Positions 46,633 to 60,363 of a DNA stretch of 64,000 bases are shown here, in pieces; position 1 is the first letter of the stretch; the number at the start of each line of letters is the position of its first letter. Origin of the DNA: Eledone cirrhosa. Taxonomy: Eukaryota. A program made the translations under genes and the position numbers. The stretch spans positions 37,014,001 through 37,078,000 of the forward strand of contig OZ024755.1 of the NCBI GenBank assembly GCA_964016885.1, read 5' to 3'. A model generated the notes under the pieces. It was not told where the DNA came from. It saw nothing but the letters and a program-made list of their open reading frames with translations, and did no database searches.

Positions 46633-46874
46633 TTGGTGCTCTGAAATAGCGATATATATATGAATGTATATATAGTGTATTTTGCAATACACTGTATGCT
46701 TAATTAAAAGCATTTTGAAGACCTTACGCTATATATACATTCATATATATATATATCGTTATTTCAGAGCACCAATTCTAATTTTCAACTTTCAATTTTT
46801 GCTGGACCGGCAACCGCTCTGTATAATCAGTTCCTTATTATTAATGGAATTCTATAAGAATCCAACATGCATAA

Positions 46875-46966
46875 TTTTCAGCAAACAAACGGAGTGGTAA
46901 GCTCTGAGGAATACCAACAGTACGAAACAGAGGTCTGTCAGCTTATCTCCCTTTGTTTGCTGAAAA
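46875..46966 (+). ncRNA. Type I hammerhead with very long stem I
   Basis: ttttcagcaaacaaa.ggag..gtaagct-CTGAGGA-a tac caaca gta c-GAAA-caga gg tctg-TC-agcttat.ctcc.tttgtttgctgaaaa; GUC at 46937-46939. Confidence 0.85.
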
Positions 46967-47072
46967 AAGAAGTAAGTGACATAGTCACTACTTTAAAACA
47001 ATAGCGTAAAGTCTTCAAAATGCTTTTAATTAAGCATACAGTGTATTGCAAAATACACACACACACACACTA

Positions 47073-47103
<31 letters not shown>

Positions 47104-47551
47104 CCTATCTTCGGTTTGCTTTTATCCTTCTATGTTGTTTACTTGTCTCACTCGCTTTACGCGATTCACTTGTCCCAATAACTTTTTCTAGTTATTGCTC
47201 GCACCAACCTGAGATACATGATTTTTAATGCGATGAAATATCAATGATGGTTGGCAAATCACTGACGAGGGACTAATTTTATCATATGTAACCCATGTGC
47301 AACCACTCAGTATTCCTCTTTCTTCTCATGTTTTATATATATATATATATAAATATATATATATGGATATATAATTTCAGCGAGATCGAATTTCGGCAGT
47401 GGTCAAAAACAAAGCGAAACGCAATTTTCGAGATATGCGACAAGCGCTCAATGGACTAAAAGAATACCAGAGCAATAAACATAGGTTATAGAGGCCAAAC
47501 AAACTGAAAACGGCGGTCAAGAAGCCCTCAGCCACCGAAGCCAAAAAACGA

Positions 47552-47626
<75 letters not shown>

Positions 47627-48058
47627 CATACGCACACATATATATACGTAAACATATATACATATGTATGGGTTATATATAACATTAATAATTGTTTCTA
47701 CTTTTGGCACAAGGCAAGCAATTACCCAGTGCATTACTGGTACTTTATTTTTCGACCCCGTAAGGATGAAAGGCAAAGTTAACCTCTTCAAAACATTAAT
47801 AATGACCCAGAAATATGTTGATTGTTCCTCCAAACCAGTGTTGAAGAAACAGGTGACGATCAGTGACAGGCACGGCACAGCTGCAACATTATCATTAATG
47901 TTCGATATAATCCATACGTATATATGTATATGTATATATGTGTTGGTATGTATATATATATACATGTGTGTGTACATATATATATATATATATATAAGTG
48001 TGTACGTGTGCATACTTATATATATGTATCAGCTGTGCTAGGGCGAGAAAGGAAATTC

Positions 48059-48089
<31 letters not shown>

Positions 48090-48105
48090 CAACTAGAAAT
48101 AGATT

Positions 48106-48206
<101 letters not shown>

Positions 48207-48359
48207 TGTTATACTTTGGGAGGGTCATGTTGCCAATAAGAAACACACGCACCAGTTGCTTTCACTTCAATTTATTATAATAATAAATTTATAGATTTAG
48301 GAATTTGTAAATTTCTGGTTGGTTGGTTGGTTCCACAACCAGATAGTTGTTTATATATT

Positions 48360-48402
48360 GTCAAAGTTCTTTCGTCACACATTCTGTGACCTCTTCAGTG
48401 AC
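48360..48402 (-). ncRNA. Type I hammerhead (left arm of foldback, same sequence as 48529-48571)
   Basis: Reverse complement of 48529-48571. Confidence 0.78.
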
Positions 48403-48528
48403 TGGGGATTCTTTTCTTTGTTTTTGTGCTTCTCCTTTGTTCTGTCCTACGCCATTTTTTCTACACAGAAACAAAATGGCGTAGGACAGAACAAAGGAGA
48501 GGCACAAAAACAAAGAAAAGAATCCCCA

Positions 48529-48571
48529 GTCACTGAAGAGGTCACAGAATGTGTGACGAAAGAACTTTGAC
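48529..48571 (+). ncRNA. Type I hammerhead (right arm of foldback)
   Basis: gtca-CTGAAGA-g-gtcaca gaatg tgtgac-GAAA-gaac-TT-tgac. Confidence 0.78.
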
Positions 48572-48779
48572 AATATATAAACAACCATCTGGTTGTGGAA
48601 CCAACCAACCAAACGGAAATTTATAAATTCCTAAATCTATAAATTTATTATAATAAATTGAAGTGAAAGAAACTGGTGCGTGTGTTTCTTATTGGCAACA
48701 TGACCCTCCCAAAGTATAACAATATCTGTTTCAACACACGATTTCACATAAAGAATCTTGCTAAACAAATTCAGAAACG

Positions 48780-48889
<110 letters not shown>

Positions 48890-49022
48890 AACATATGAAA
48901 CAATCACAGGGAATAATTTGTAAAGACGGTAAGCACACATAGCTAGGTAGGTAACTAATTAAAGTTTAACTAGAACTTCAAATATAGATACCTTTTAAAA
49001 TGATACCTTTTAATTTTAATTT

Positions 49023-49061
<39 letters not shown>

Positions 49062-49375
49062 CAATCACAGGGAATAATTTGTAAAGAATGTAGGCACACA
49101 TAGCTAGGTAGGTAACTAATTAAAGTTTAACTAGAACTTCAAAAATAGATACCTTTTAAAATGATACCTTTTAATTTTAATTTTGTATATATATATATGA
49201 AAAGCATTTAGAAATGCGCGACCGGTAAAAACTTAAAAACTTAAAACCACAACTGAATACTAACCCATACATTCACTAATACTCTTTTATTCCTAATTAA
49301 ACCATTTTTCAACTGTGAACAATTTGTCAGCATTTTCTATTCCGTTTACCAATATATAATAACTTGTGTGTTACA

Positions 49376-49461
<86 letters not shown>

Positions 49462-50075
49462 AATAAGAAACAGGGGCTGTCTAGTTGCTGGATAAGGTGC
49501 ATTTATAAATAAGAGGAAAGCACGAACGGGAGAAAATTTTCCTTCATCAGTTGTCTGCTGGGGATCATGGATATTTCTACGCATTAAAGAGGTTGTTTTT
49601 CTTAATCAAAAATTAAAAATCAAGGGTTGAAGAAGGTCGGCTCATAATTCTTGTTATTAAAATATTTTCTTCTTATTTTTTCAAAATAACACTTTGTCGG
49701 ATCAAAGAAGAAAAAATGGATTCTTTAAATATACTTCCGTGTTGTTTCCATCCTTACCCCCGCCCCCTTCTCTCTCTCTCTCTCCATATATATATATATA
49801 AGATCGATACAGATTGAACCTTGAGCTGATCAGTAGCGAAACGCGTGTCACCAGCCAATAAATGTAATGAAGGAGTAACCAATCGTCCTTGTTATCTTTT
49901 CACTATAATACACTCTGTCTAGCTCAACATCTCGACACTGAAGTGAACCTAAACATCGAGTACTCACTCGGGTGAACCTACAGTAACTCCAAGTTACACT
50001 CCCTATATATATATATATATATATATATACGATATTAAACAAATGGAAACTATATTTATAAAACCATATCTATTT

Positions 50076-50131
50076 CATTATACATATTTCAGGGATACCA
50101 TATTAAAAATATGGCATGCCTTCGTCAGATA
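50076..50131 (-). ncRNA. Type I hammerhead, family K
   Basis: Minus strand: tat-CTGACGA-agg c atgccatatt/aatatggtat c cct-GAAA-tatgta-TA-atg. Confidence 0.72.
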
Positions 50132-50284
50132 AAATACAATATATAACCAGTTTTATAAATAATTTTGACGTACCATAAATATAGCGACCATTAAGGTAGG
50201 AAGCTGGCTTGGTAGTATATATATATAACAAAGTGGGTGTGGTAAGATACCAGGTGGACCATAACGCACCAGAGGACTCGATAC

Positions 50285-50383
<99 letters not shown>

Positions 50384-50438
50384 ATAATATATATATATAT
50401 ATATACGTATATATATTTTTATTAAAATAACAGATTAA

Positions 50439-50489
50439 AGTTTAAGCAAAGAATCGCTGCTTTCACCCTTAACGGGATCTTCTGAAACT
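50439..50489 (-). ncRNA. Hammerhead-like motif with CAGAAGA core, family E
   Basis: Minus strand: agttt-CAGAAGA-t ccc gttaa ggg t-GAAA-gca...tgc-TT-aaact; family flank also at 13075-13150 and 53030-53150. Confidence 0.55.
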
Positions 50490-50575
50490 CTACGGTTCTT
50501 ATATATTTCATATATATTTATCCTTATCGAGCCCTCTTTGGATTTTTGTCTTCAAATTTATTATTATTACTATAC

Positions 50576-50637
<62 letters not shown>

Positions 50638-50642
<5 letters not shown>

Positions 50643-50897
50643 GGGGCTCCCACAGGAGCACTGAGTGCAATGCCAACTCTGGATGTCGGTGAGCATGTCC
50701 AGCTAACCTCAGTGTCCTCTGTGTCACTTTTGAGCTGACATGGACACACTAGAAGAGGAAGACCAAGGTTAACGTATGTTGATGCCCTAAGGACAGACAC
50801 TGGTCTGTTGGAGACGCAGGACATGGCAGCGATAATGAGGGACAGAGACCGCTGGAGAGAACTCGTCCATGGATCTCGGGAATTTTACCCGCCTTAG
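50638..50897 (+). mobile_element. RTE-like LINE 3' end with inverted 5' segment
   Basis: Plus strand HGHTRRGRPRLTYVDALRTDTGL...MRDRDRWRELV; minus strand 50638-50727 LRLAGHAHRHPE...LLWEPLH. Confidence 0.8.
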
Positions 50898-51035
50898 ATA
50901 TATATATATATTTTTACATTCATTTGATTTATTGATTTATTGATTTTTTTATCTGAGTGTCCCGAATCTTCCAGATCGCAATTTTTCGGTTGTATGGTTG
51001 ATTATAGACTTGTTCTATGTGTGACGGTATTTTAA

Positions 51036-51083
<48 letters not shown>

Positions 51084-51311
51084 GGTTGACGGACCTAGCA
51101 TAGGTATTTCTGCTAGGACCGGTTGCATCTCAGCGTACTCAATAAGTAATGTTAAATAAACTCCCAGAGTATCCACATAGTCATTCGATTCGATTCTGCG
51201 TAAACTGGTACCTTCAATTGTTCCCCAACTCGACTTTCGGCCATACTTAATGCAGCGCACACCACGCTCTATCCGTATATATTATGCAACATGCACAACC
51301 AGCGCATGTGG

Positions 51312-51360
<49 letters not shown>

Positions 51361-51495
51361 TTATCCCGGGTTCAATCGTGGATAACCACAGTAAGTAAGG
51401 TACTCAATACAAAGCAGAGTATAAAAGTTTAATATAGAAAAGCTTCTACAGGAATAGAACTGTTTCATTCGTGAGAAATCACCAGCAAGCTCTTA

Positions 51496-51573
<78 letters not shown>

Positions 51574-51917
51574 TTGGAGCTCTGAAATAGCAATATATAT
51601 ACACTTTATGCTTATCTCGCCTGTTTGCTGAGATCAAAGTGAGTGAATTTGTCACTACTTTAAAACAATAGCTTACGGTCTTCAAAATGCTTTTAATTAA
51701 GCATAAAGTGTATGGCAAAATACATTATATATACATCCATATATATATATATATATATATATATGGGAGGAAGTTATAGTTCACTTGAAGCATTGTGTAA
51801 TGAGGTTTGAATTTGTAAAGCCAAACAATGCAGGTATGGACATAGAATAAAAAATGCAAATTCAAAAGATATTGTTGAGGGAGGTAGCTTGCCAAGTCAT
51901 GCTTGGCAAGCTACTTC

Positions 51918-51952
51918 CCTCCGAAGAAGAGATATTATCTCGAAAATTAAGG
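51918..51952 (+). ncRNA. Hammerhead-like motif with CCGAAGA core, family C (same motif at 6108-6142, minus)
   Basis: cct-CCGAAGA-a-gagat att atctc-GAAA-at-TA-agg. Confidence 0.6.
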
Positions 51953-52053
51953 ACATTTAAATAAATCTAAGGTAAAAGACTAATTGTCTACAATATCTTT
52001 TGCATTTGCATCTTCTATTCTATGTCCATACCTGCATTGTTTGGCTTTACAAA

Positions 52054-52092
<39 letters not shown>

Positions 52093-52393
52093 TAAATCAT
52101 GCCCTTAGAATTATTAGATAAAATATATACTATTTCCTCTTCTAATTAGCATAATCAACCATATAAAAAATCAATTAGACCAAGCTATATATATAAAAGT
52201 AACACAGATCGCTGATATTAAGTCATCGTTCACCGACCAACGTCTAGCTCACTCAATGAAACTGCCGAATTGCAGTAATGCAGCTGCAATGAGATACGGT
52301 GGCTGTGTTTTGGTAGAGATAAAAGTAAAAATCTCAACTCCTGGACGATATCATTTTTGTGTGCAACATAACTTCAGAAATTTATATATATAC

Positions 52394-52436
<43 letters not shown>

Positions 52437-52492
52437 GTAGTGAAAGAGTGGAGAATAACATGGTCGGCTGTACAAAAAGGGTTTTATTTACA

Positions 52493-52603
52493 GTATTAAC
52501 AATTGTTTCATTGATCAGGTGAGTCTAAAGGCTGCTAACCACTCGAAGTTGCGTCACTCGACCATAAATACAGTGTGTGTCTCTGATCAAATCATCGAAA
52601 TAC
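52493..52603 (-). ncRNA. Hammerhead-like motif with long stem II and variant core
   Basis: Minus strand: gtatt-TCGATGA-t ttgatcag...ctgatcaa t-GAAA-caattg-TT-aatac. Confidence 0.55.
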
Positions 52604-52610
52604 TTCATTT

Positions 52611-52666
<56 letters not shown>

Positions 52667-52970
52667 AAATGAAGTAACGGAATCAGAAACTCGCGTTAGT
52701 CCCTGTAAATCATGAGCTCAAAGGAAAAAGAATCCCGGGCTCTTCAAATATAATATATATATATATATATATATTCATTAGTTAAGCAAAACAAGACCAC
52801 AAATTTCACAAGGAAGACATTATTAAAAGATTGTCAACATATTTAGTTTGATGTAGGAATGTAGAGAATAATAATAATAATAATATTAATAATAATAATG
52901 CCCGTTTACAATTGTAAATTTATATATATATATATATATATATTAAAAAAAAAAAAATATATATATATAT

Positions 52971-53027
<57 letters not shown>

Positions 53028-53394
53028 GTAATAGTAATAATAATAAATTAGAAGACTAAAATCCAAAGAGGGCTCGATAAGGATAAATATATATCAAATA
53101 TATAAGAACCGTAGAGCAAATATTTATTAAACTTTAATCTGTTATTTTAATAAATATATATATGTATGTAAGAGGTAAACAAATAAAAACACAATCGGTA
53201 CAGTACATGGAAGGGATATATTAAGTTAACGCTTGATATAGCAGTCCTATATAATATAGGACGCTAGTCCTATATATAATATAGAGAAGAAAACACGAGA
53301 AAGAGTGTGTGCTTATCAAGATACAGGGAATACCGCGAGCATATGGAACCAGCAAACTAAGAAAGGTGAGTTAGATGCATTATAATTAAAAATA

Positions 53395-53580
53395 GGCGGT
53401 GAATTGGCAGTATCGGTAGAGGGTCGGACACCATGCTTTGACGCATAGAGTTACGGTCCTTGCCATTCTGAGTTCAAATCCCGCCGAGGGTAACTTTGCC
53501 TTTCATCCTTACGGGGTCGATAAAATAAAGTACCAGTAATGTACTGAGTAATTGCTGGCCTTGTGCCAATAGTAGAAACA
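53395..53580 (+). mobile_element. SINE with 16-bp TSD
   Basis: TSD attataattaaaaata at 53379-53394 and 53581-53596. Confidence 0.9.
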
Positions 53581-53734
53581 ATTATAATTAAAAATATAAA
53601 TTAAACTGAAACAACCCACCTTTATATTTTTAAATATAATGTATCTACCTCACCTTTCTTAGTTTATAAGTTCCATTCGTTCCTGGTATTCCCTGTAACT
53701 TGATAAACAAACACACATTCTCGTGTGTTTTCTC

Positions 53735-53815
<81 letters not shown>

Positions 53816-54849
53816 GTATAGATTTTGAGTATATGTTGGTTGTATACCAATACCTCAGTATGCAGGCTGGAGCACTCGACGAAGTGCGCAGGTTGGTTTG
53901 GTTACTCCGGAGTAATGTAAAATAAAGTTAAATAAAAAGTCAAATGTTTAAAATTTAAAATTTTTAAACATTTGACTTTTTATTTAACTTTATTTTATAT
54001 ATATATATATATAAATATATAATGAAGGAAGCGTGGTAAGGAACCAGGTGGACCATAACGCACCAGAGTACTCAATACTTTGGGCAGTAGAGTGGGAAAA
54101 GGTTCAGGACCCCGACGGCAGATCTCAAGCCGTTTCGACGGCTATTTCTGGATTGAAATAGCCAGTCCAGAAATAGTCGTCGAAACGGCTTGAGCTCTGC
54201 CGTCGGGGTCCTGAACCTTTTACTATACATATATATACATACATATATGTGTATGTGTGTGTGTCTGTGTGAGTGTGTGTGTCTGTCTTTATCTGTGTAT
54301 GTGTGTTTGCGCCAGTGCGTGTGTCCGCGTGCGTGCGTGTTAATATAATATATTGTAAGAGAGTTAAGTTACACATTCAACCTGACTAAATATTGTCCAA
54401 GAATTCCTAATATTTTCTCCAATGGAAAATTGAAAAGAATATTCTAAAACTCAGATAAAGAATCAATCACCACAGACACAACAATTCCTCATACATATTA
54501 ACCATTGTGTTAATATATTCATGTATTTTCATATATTTGCGGCTATCAAAAGTGCTGAGAACAGTCTGGCAGAATTTGAAATTAAAGATTCAATAATGAT
54601 ATACCATAAACGGAAAATACTTTAAAGAAATTATATGAGTTTACTTTCATGTAATAAATATTGATAAACTGAAGGTGGAACTGGAGAGGCGACAAGTCGA
54701 GAAAATAACTGCAAGGGACATTGATTCTTACAAAGATGAAGTGCATAAGAACTTCATCTTCTTGAAGATAGTATACTTTTCTGTATCAACGTAGGAAACA
54801 TATCTATTTGAGTGACAATGTTACTAATAAACTTGTAGCATGAACAAAG

Positions 54850-56612
54850 TAATAATTGTTTCTACTTTAGGCACAAGGCCAGCAATTACCCAGTGCATTA
54901 CTGGTACTTTATTTTATCGACCCCGTAAGGATGAAAGGCAAAGTCAACCTCGGCGGGATTTGAACTCAGATCGTCAAGGGACGTTACTATGCTGGAAAGC
55001 ATGGCGTCCGACCCTCTACCGATACTGCCAATCCAAAGTAATAATACAAAATGACAATGTCAGGATTTTTTGTTTAATTACAAGTCAGTTTCCTAAATCA
55101 GTTTACAGATTCTCCGAAAACTGTCTCGCCCGGACTGACAATAAAGAAGCAGCTGCAAGAGAAAGGAAATCCTGTTGAAGAGATTTTAATTATTAAACAG
55201 AGGGCGATGGATTAGCAGAATCGGTAGAGCGTCGGACGCCATGCTTTCCAGCATAGCCCTTTACGTTCTGAGATCAAATCCCGCCGAGGTTAGCTTTGCC
55301 TTTCATCCTTATGGGGTCAATAAAATAATTGTTTCTACTATTGGCACAAGGCCAGAAATCACCCAGTACATTACTGGTACTTTATTTTATCGACCCCGTA
55401 AGGATGAAAGGCAAAGTTAACCTCGGCGGGATTTGAACTCAGAATGGCAAGGGCGGTAACTCTATGCGTCAAAGCATGGCGTCCGACCCTCTACCGATAC
55501 TGCCAATCCACCAATAAAATAATGTACCAGTAATACACTGGGATAATTGCTCGCCTTGTGCCAAAAGTGGGAACAATTACTATTATTAAACAGTATCGGG
55601 AGAGGGTCGGACGCCATGCTAAGAGTTATGGCCCTTTATGGTCTGAGTTCAAATCCCGCCAAGGTCAACTTTGCCTTTCATACTTACAGGGTCGATAAAA
55701 TAAAATACCAGTAATACACTGGGATAATTACTGACCTTGTGCCAAAAGTAGAAACAATTGGGGATTTGGCAGTATCAGTAGAAGGTCGGACGCCATGCTT
55801 TCCAGCATAGTTACGTCCCTTTACGGTCTGAGTTCAAATCCCGCCAAGGTTAACTTTGCCTTTCATACTTACGGGTTCGATAAAATAAAGTACCAGTAAT
55901 GTACTGGGCAACTACTGATCTTGTGCCAAAAGTAGAAACAATTATTATTATTATTATAAAGGGTTCTGGATTAGCAGGATGTTGGATAAAATGCAGTTTT
56001 TGTTCTGGTTCTTTATCTCCCAAGTTCAAAAATAAAGTACCAGTAATGCACTGAAGGTCAATTTACTTTAGTACTTTCCCTTCCTCTCCTTTAAATTTCT
56101 GGCCTTGTGCATAAAATAGAAACAATTATTAAACAGAGGTCGAAGAAGGTGCAGCGGACAAATAACCATTGCACACAATCTCCAAACATGTTTACATGGA
56201 CAGACCTGCAATTCTATCTCTATACTGCTCATCTTCCTGTATTTTTGAGAATTATCTCCTCTGTAATGTTTGATATATTCCGATATATATCATTCGCTCT
56301 TAAATATATATGATTAATAGCTCGCTATTTATCCTAGAGCCTTCATTACAGGCGATATGGCGCGTGTTTGTAATTTCCCAGACACGACATTTTTATTCAT
56401 TTTAGTAATATAATTATGTTTCTAAATGTTTATTTGGTTTAGCGTCTCATTATTGAACGTTTTTTTTGGTTGATATTTCTAGCTATCCAGATACCTATTC
56501 ACGTCACTTGGAAAATCTTAAGTGTGGTGTTATTTCTTGACGGGGTCGATAAAATAAAGTACCATTAATGTACTGGGTAATTGCTGGCCTTGTGCCTAAA
56601 GTAGAAACAGTT
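54850..56612. mobile_element. SINE cluster including a minus-strand copy nested in a plus-strand copy (55200-55580)
   Basis: Consensus matches at 54850-55035, 55200-55580, 55592-55760, 55764-55950, 55960-56130, 56540-56612. Confidence 0.85.
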
Positions 56613-57062
56613 ATTTCTTTACCCTTTGTACGTTTTAGCAAATCCTTAGAGTTGCTTAGGGGTGTGAATTCATATGGATTTAGCTCACTCTCGCTGATGA
56701 TCCTTGCTTAACAATTGAACTTCATCATTCGAAGGTAAAACATAGTTCTATAGCCATTAAGGAATCATATACGAGAGGGTAAAATAGTTATTTGGTGTTC
56801 GGTATCTACTGCTTGATTTTGTTGTTAAATTGTTTATACTACTCATTTATAGTTGATATGTTCGTACATTTTTTGCGAATTATCTCCTGTGAATTATTTG
56901 ATATATTTGTATATATGTCATTCGCTCATGAATTTATATTATTAATAGCTCGGAATTTATCCTAGAGCTTTCATTACTGGCATATGGCGCATGTATGCAA
57001 TTTTTCAGGCACGACATTTTTTATTCATTTTAGTAATATATATATATATATTACCTAATAAA

Positions 57063-57114
<52 letters not shown>

Positions 57115-57126
57115 TTACCTAATAAA

Positions 57127-57171
<45 letters not shown>

Positions 57172-57259
57172 CCTAATAAACCTATATATATATATATATA
57201 TGAATTACCTAATAAACCTATATATATATATATATATATATATTACCTAGTAAACCTAT

Positions 57260-58533
57260 ATATACCGCGACGATGTTCTCCTCCTAGCTAAAAACCTTAA
57301 TAACCAAAAACTAGAAAAACTACGCAAAGATATAAGAAAACTACTACTCGAAATAGGACTAACTATAACATATGAATACAACCTTAAAGTAGTTAACTTC
57401 CTGGATGTCACACTCAATTTAAACTCTGGTTTGATTAAACCGTTTCATAAATTGAATGAAAATCTCAAATACGTAAATGTTGGGTCTAACCACCCCATCT
57501 CTATAATTAAATCTATCCCTAAAAATATTTCCCTTAGAATCTCGGGTCTATCTTCTAACATACAAGTATTTAAGGAACACGCCGAGTACTACGATAACGC
57601 CCTTAGTAAAGCAGGCTACCTCAACAAAATAGAGTACATAGATGGGAACAATCAAAACACCCAAAATAAATCCCACATAGGTAGATATAATAACACAACA
57701 CCAAACCACACTTACTACCATAGTATGCACACCAGTAAACCAACAAACAAAACTAATAGAAAGCGATGCAAAGACTACTTATGGTATAACCCCGAATACA
57801 ATAGTTCCATTAGTACAAATTTACCAGTACTCTTCTTTAAAATAATTAAAAGACATTTTCCCACATCACACAAATACCACAAAATCCTAAACCCTACCAC
57901 TATAAGACTGTCATACTCTACAGCGTTAAACCTTGAACAACACATAAAAAAGATCAATACTAGAAGGTTAAACGAAAACACTAAGAACTTAAGTACAAAG
58001 AACACAAAAAAAAAACAGTAGACAATACACTACAGAACATAAATAAACCACACCTAAGTTCGTCCGCAATACTACTCCAGAGAAAACCCAACGTACACAA
58101 CTGTAACTGCACCTATCCTGACAACTGCCCCCTCGGCAATAACTGCCTGGAAAAAAATATTATTTATAAGTGTACCATTAAATCCGGAGGCAACGAGTGG
58201 TATTACGTGGGATCAACGGCAACATCGTTTAAATCTCGATTGTATAGGCATTCTTACTCAATAAAACACCAGAGCCAAAGAAATGTAACAACTTTAGCAG
58301 AAAAAGCTTGGACGCTCAGGGATAGCGACCAAAAGTTTACCCTAAAATGGGAAAAATTAGCTAAAACCCAAAGCTTTTCCAGGAGCCAAAATTTCTGTAA
58401 ATTATGTAATCTTGAGATTTATTACATAATCACACACAAGAAGAAACTGCTGAATAACAGAATTGAACGAACATTATTCTGCCGTCACAGAACTAAAACC
58501 CTTTTTTCCCACTACAAGCCGAATATTACATAA
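57260..58533 (+). pseudogene. Penelope-like element ORF, 5'-truncated: RT C-terminus plus GIY-YIG endonuclease, one frameshift
   Basis: Frame from 57260 reads IYRDDVL...VNFLDVTLNLNSG.IKPFHK...SNHP...WYNPEY...RLSYS. A second frame from ~58021 reads CNC...CPLGNNCLEKNIIYKC...YYVGSTATSFKSR...H...CKLCNLE...LLNNR...CRH (GIY-YIG and Cys/His motifs of PLEs). The frameshift most likely lies in the A10 run at 58006-58015. Confidence 0.95.
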
Positions 58534-58645
58534 AAGAGGGACATCCCCCAACTATATAAACCTTAATCTAGTTAGAAAAATATAAAAACAATCTCTTCTC
58601 AACATATATTAATAACCTTAAATTACCATACTAATAATGAAAAGA

Positions 58646-58703
58646 TATGCTGATGAGAATAGGTACAAATATACGATAATGAATGTGTCTAAAAACGTCC
58701 ATA
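58646..58703 (+). ncRNA. Degenerate hammerhead just downstream of PLE ORF
   Basis: tatg-CTGATGA..taggtac/gtgtcta..AAAA-cgTC-cata; GAAA changed to AAAA. Confidence 0.55.
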
Positions 58704-58846
58704 AGTATGTATATATATGTGAAAATGTATATAAATAAGTAAATATATATATGTTTGATGTGTATAGTTAGATGTAAGTGTATTCATGTATTAAAGTGCT
58801 TATATATATATATATATGTATATGTGTGTATATGTATGTGTGTGTG

Positions 58847-58891
<45 letters not shown>

Positions 58892-59481
58892 GTGTATATG
58901 TATATATATATATATATGTATGTATATATGTGTATATGGATGTGTAAGTATGTGTATGTGTGTACACATGGACTAGAGTATGTATGTATATATGTGTGTG
59001 TCTATACGTGTGTATATAAAGATAAGTTGAGTATGAAAATGTATACACATGAGCGCGTATGTATGTACATGAATACATGTGTGTATATATATGTGTATGC
59101 ATGTGTATATATATGTAAGTATGAATATGTGAATTGTGAGTATATGTATTTTGTAGAGGTGTGCAAATATATTTGTGTGTGAATGCGTGGGTGAAAGGAT
59201 ACGTACACTTGAAAGAAAAATTTAAGTCTGAATGTTAATTAAGTGCAAACACAAAACCAACCACGCATATCTTTACTATCTCTAATCCTTCTATAGATTT
59301 AGAAAAATAACCAATAATATATTCTATAAAAAATGTCAAAACAACAGATGGGAATCTAATTACTCACTGCCACCAAGAATTCTCACTGCTATCGAAAAAC
59401 CACTCCTTCAACTATTCTTCTAACAACTTCACCCCTCCCTCCTAATATTCTCTATAAAAACTAAATAGGTCCTCAGTAATA

Positions 59482-59598
59482 TTATTCTGATGAAATGACA
59501 GTAAATAATAACATTGAAATATTGAATGTCTGCATAACTAAAAGTTTGTAGATAGCTGTTTTAGGTTATGTAACTGTTATAGAAACACGTGTCAATAA
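59482..59598 (+). ncRNA. Type I hammerhead ribozyme at PLE 3' end (long stem II insert)
   Basis: ttatt-CTGATGA-a-atgacagt...actgttat-a-GAAA-cacgtg-TC-aataa. Stem I ttatt/aataa, palindromic stem III ACACGTGT, predicted GUC cleavage after 59593. Confidence 0.85.
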
Positions 59599-59632
59599 AT
59601 TCCTTTCAACTAAACTGTATCCATTCAAATCT

Positions 59633-59677
<45 letters not shown>

Positions 59678-59789
59678 TACTAGGTAATATATATATATAT
59701 ATATTACCTTGAGCCCTCTGCCACTCATGTCGAATTTTGTTTATCGTGAACTCGTGCGCCGATTTTTCGATACTCGATTATTCTACTAT

Positions 59790-60004
59790 ATATATATATA
59801 TTACCTAATAAACCTTTATTTGCCTCTCTGTTTTTCGCTCTTGAATTTATATTATTAATAGCTCGGAATTTATCCTAGAGCTTTCATTACTGGCGCGTGT
59901 ATGCAATTTTAAAGGCACGACATTTTTTATTAATTTTAGTAATATATATATATATATTACCTAATAAACCTATATATATATATATATATATATTACCTAA
60001 TAAA

Positions 60005-60037
<33 letters not shown>

Positions 60038-60046
60038 CCTAATAAA

Positions 60047-60107
<61 letters not shown>

Positions 60108-60116
60108 CCTAATAAA

Positions 60117-60183
<67 letters not shown>

Positions 60184-60192
60184 CCTAATAAA

Positions 60193-60233
<41 letters not shown>

Positions 60234-60242
60234 CCTAATAAA

Positions 60243-60307
<65 letters not shown>

Positions 60308-60316
60308 CCTAATAAA

Positions 60317-60363
<47 letters not shown>

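Larger units (their letters stand above)
57260..59635 (+). mobile_element. Penelope-like retroelement (YRDD type, Nematis-like by recollection) with 3' UTR/pLTR carrying two hammerhead motifs, inserted in TA-rich satellite
   Basis: ORF above; hammerhead motifs at 58646-58703 and 59482-59598; both ends abut (TA)n. Confidence 0.85.

Noticed and set aside
47262-47305. CTGACGA motif
   Set aside because: No downstream GAAA or stems.
48319-48612. Two nearly identical 83-aa ORFs on opposite strands
   Set aside because: A consequence of the palindrome, not genes.
54538-54795. Coding-like stretch (IDKLKVELERRQVEK...)
   Set aside because: Interrupted by stops, no recognisable motif or splice context; possibly a transposase remnant but unsupported.
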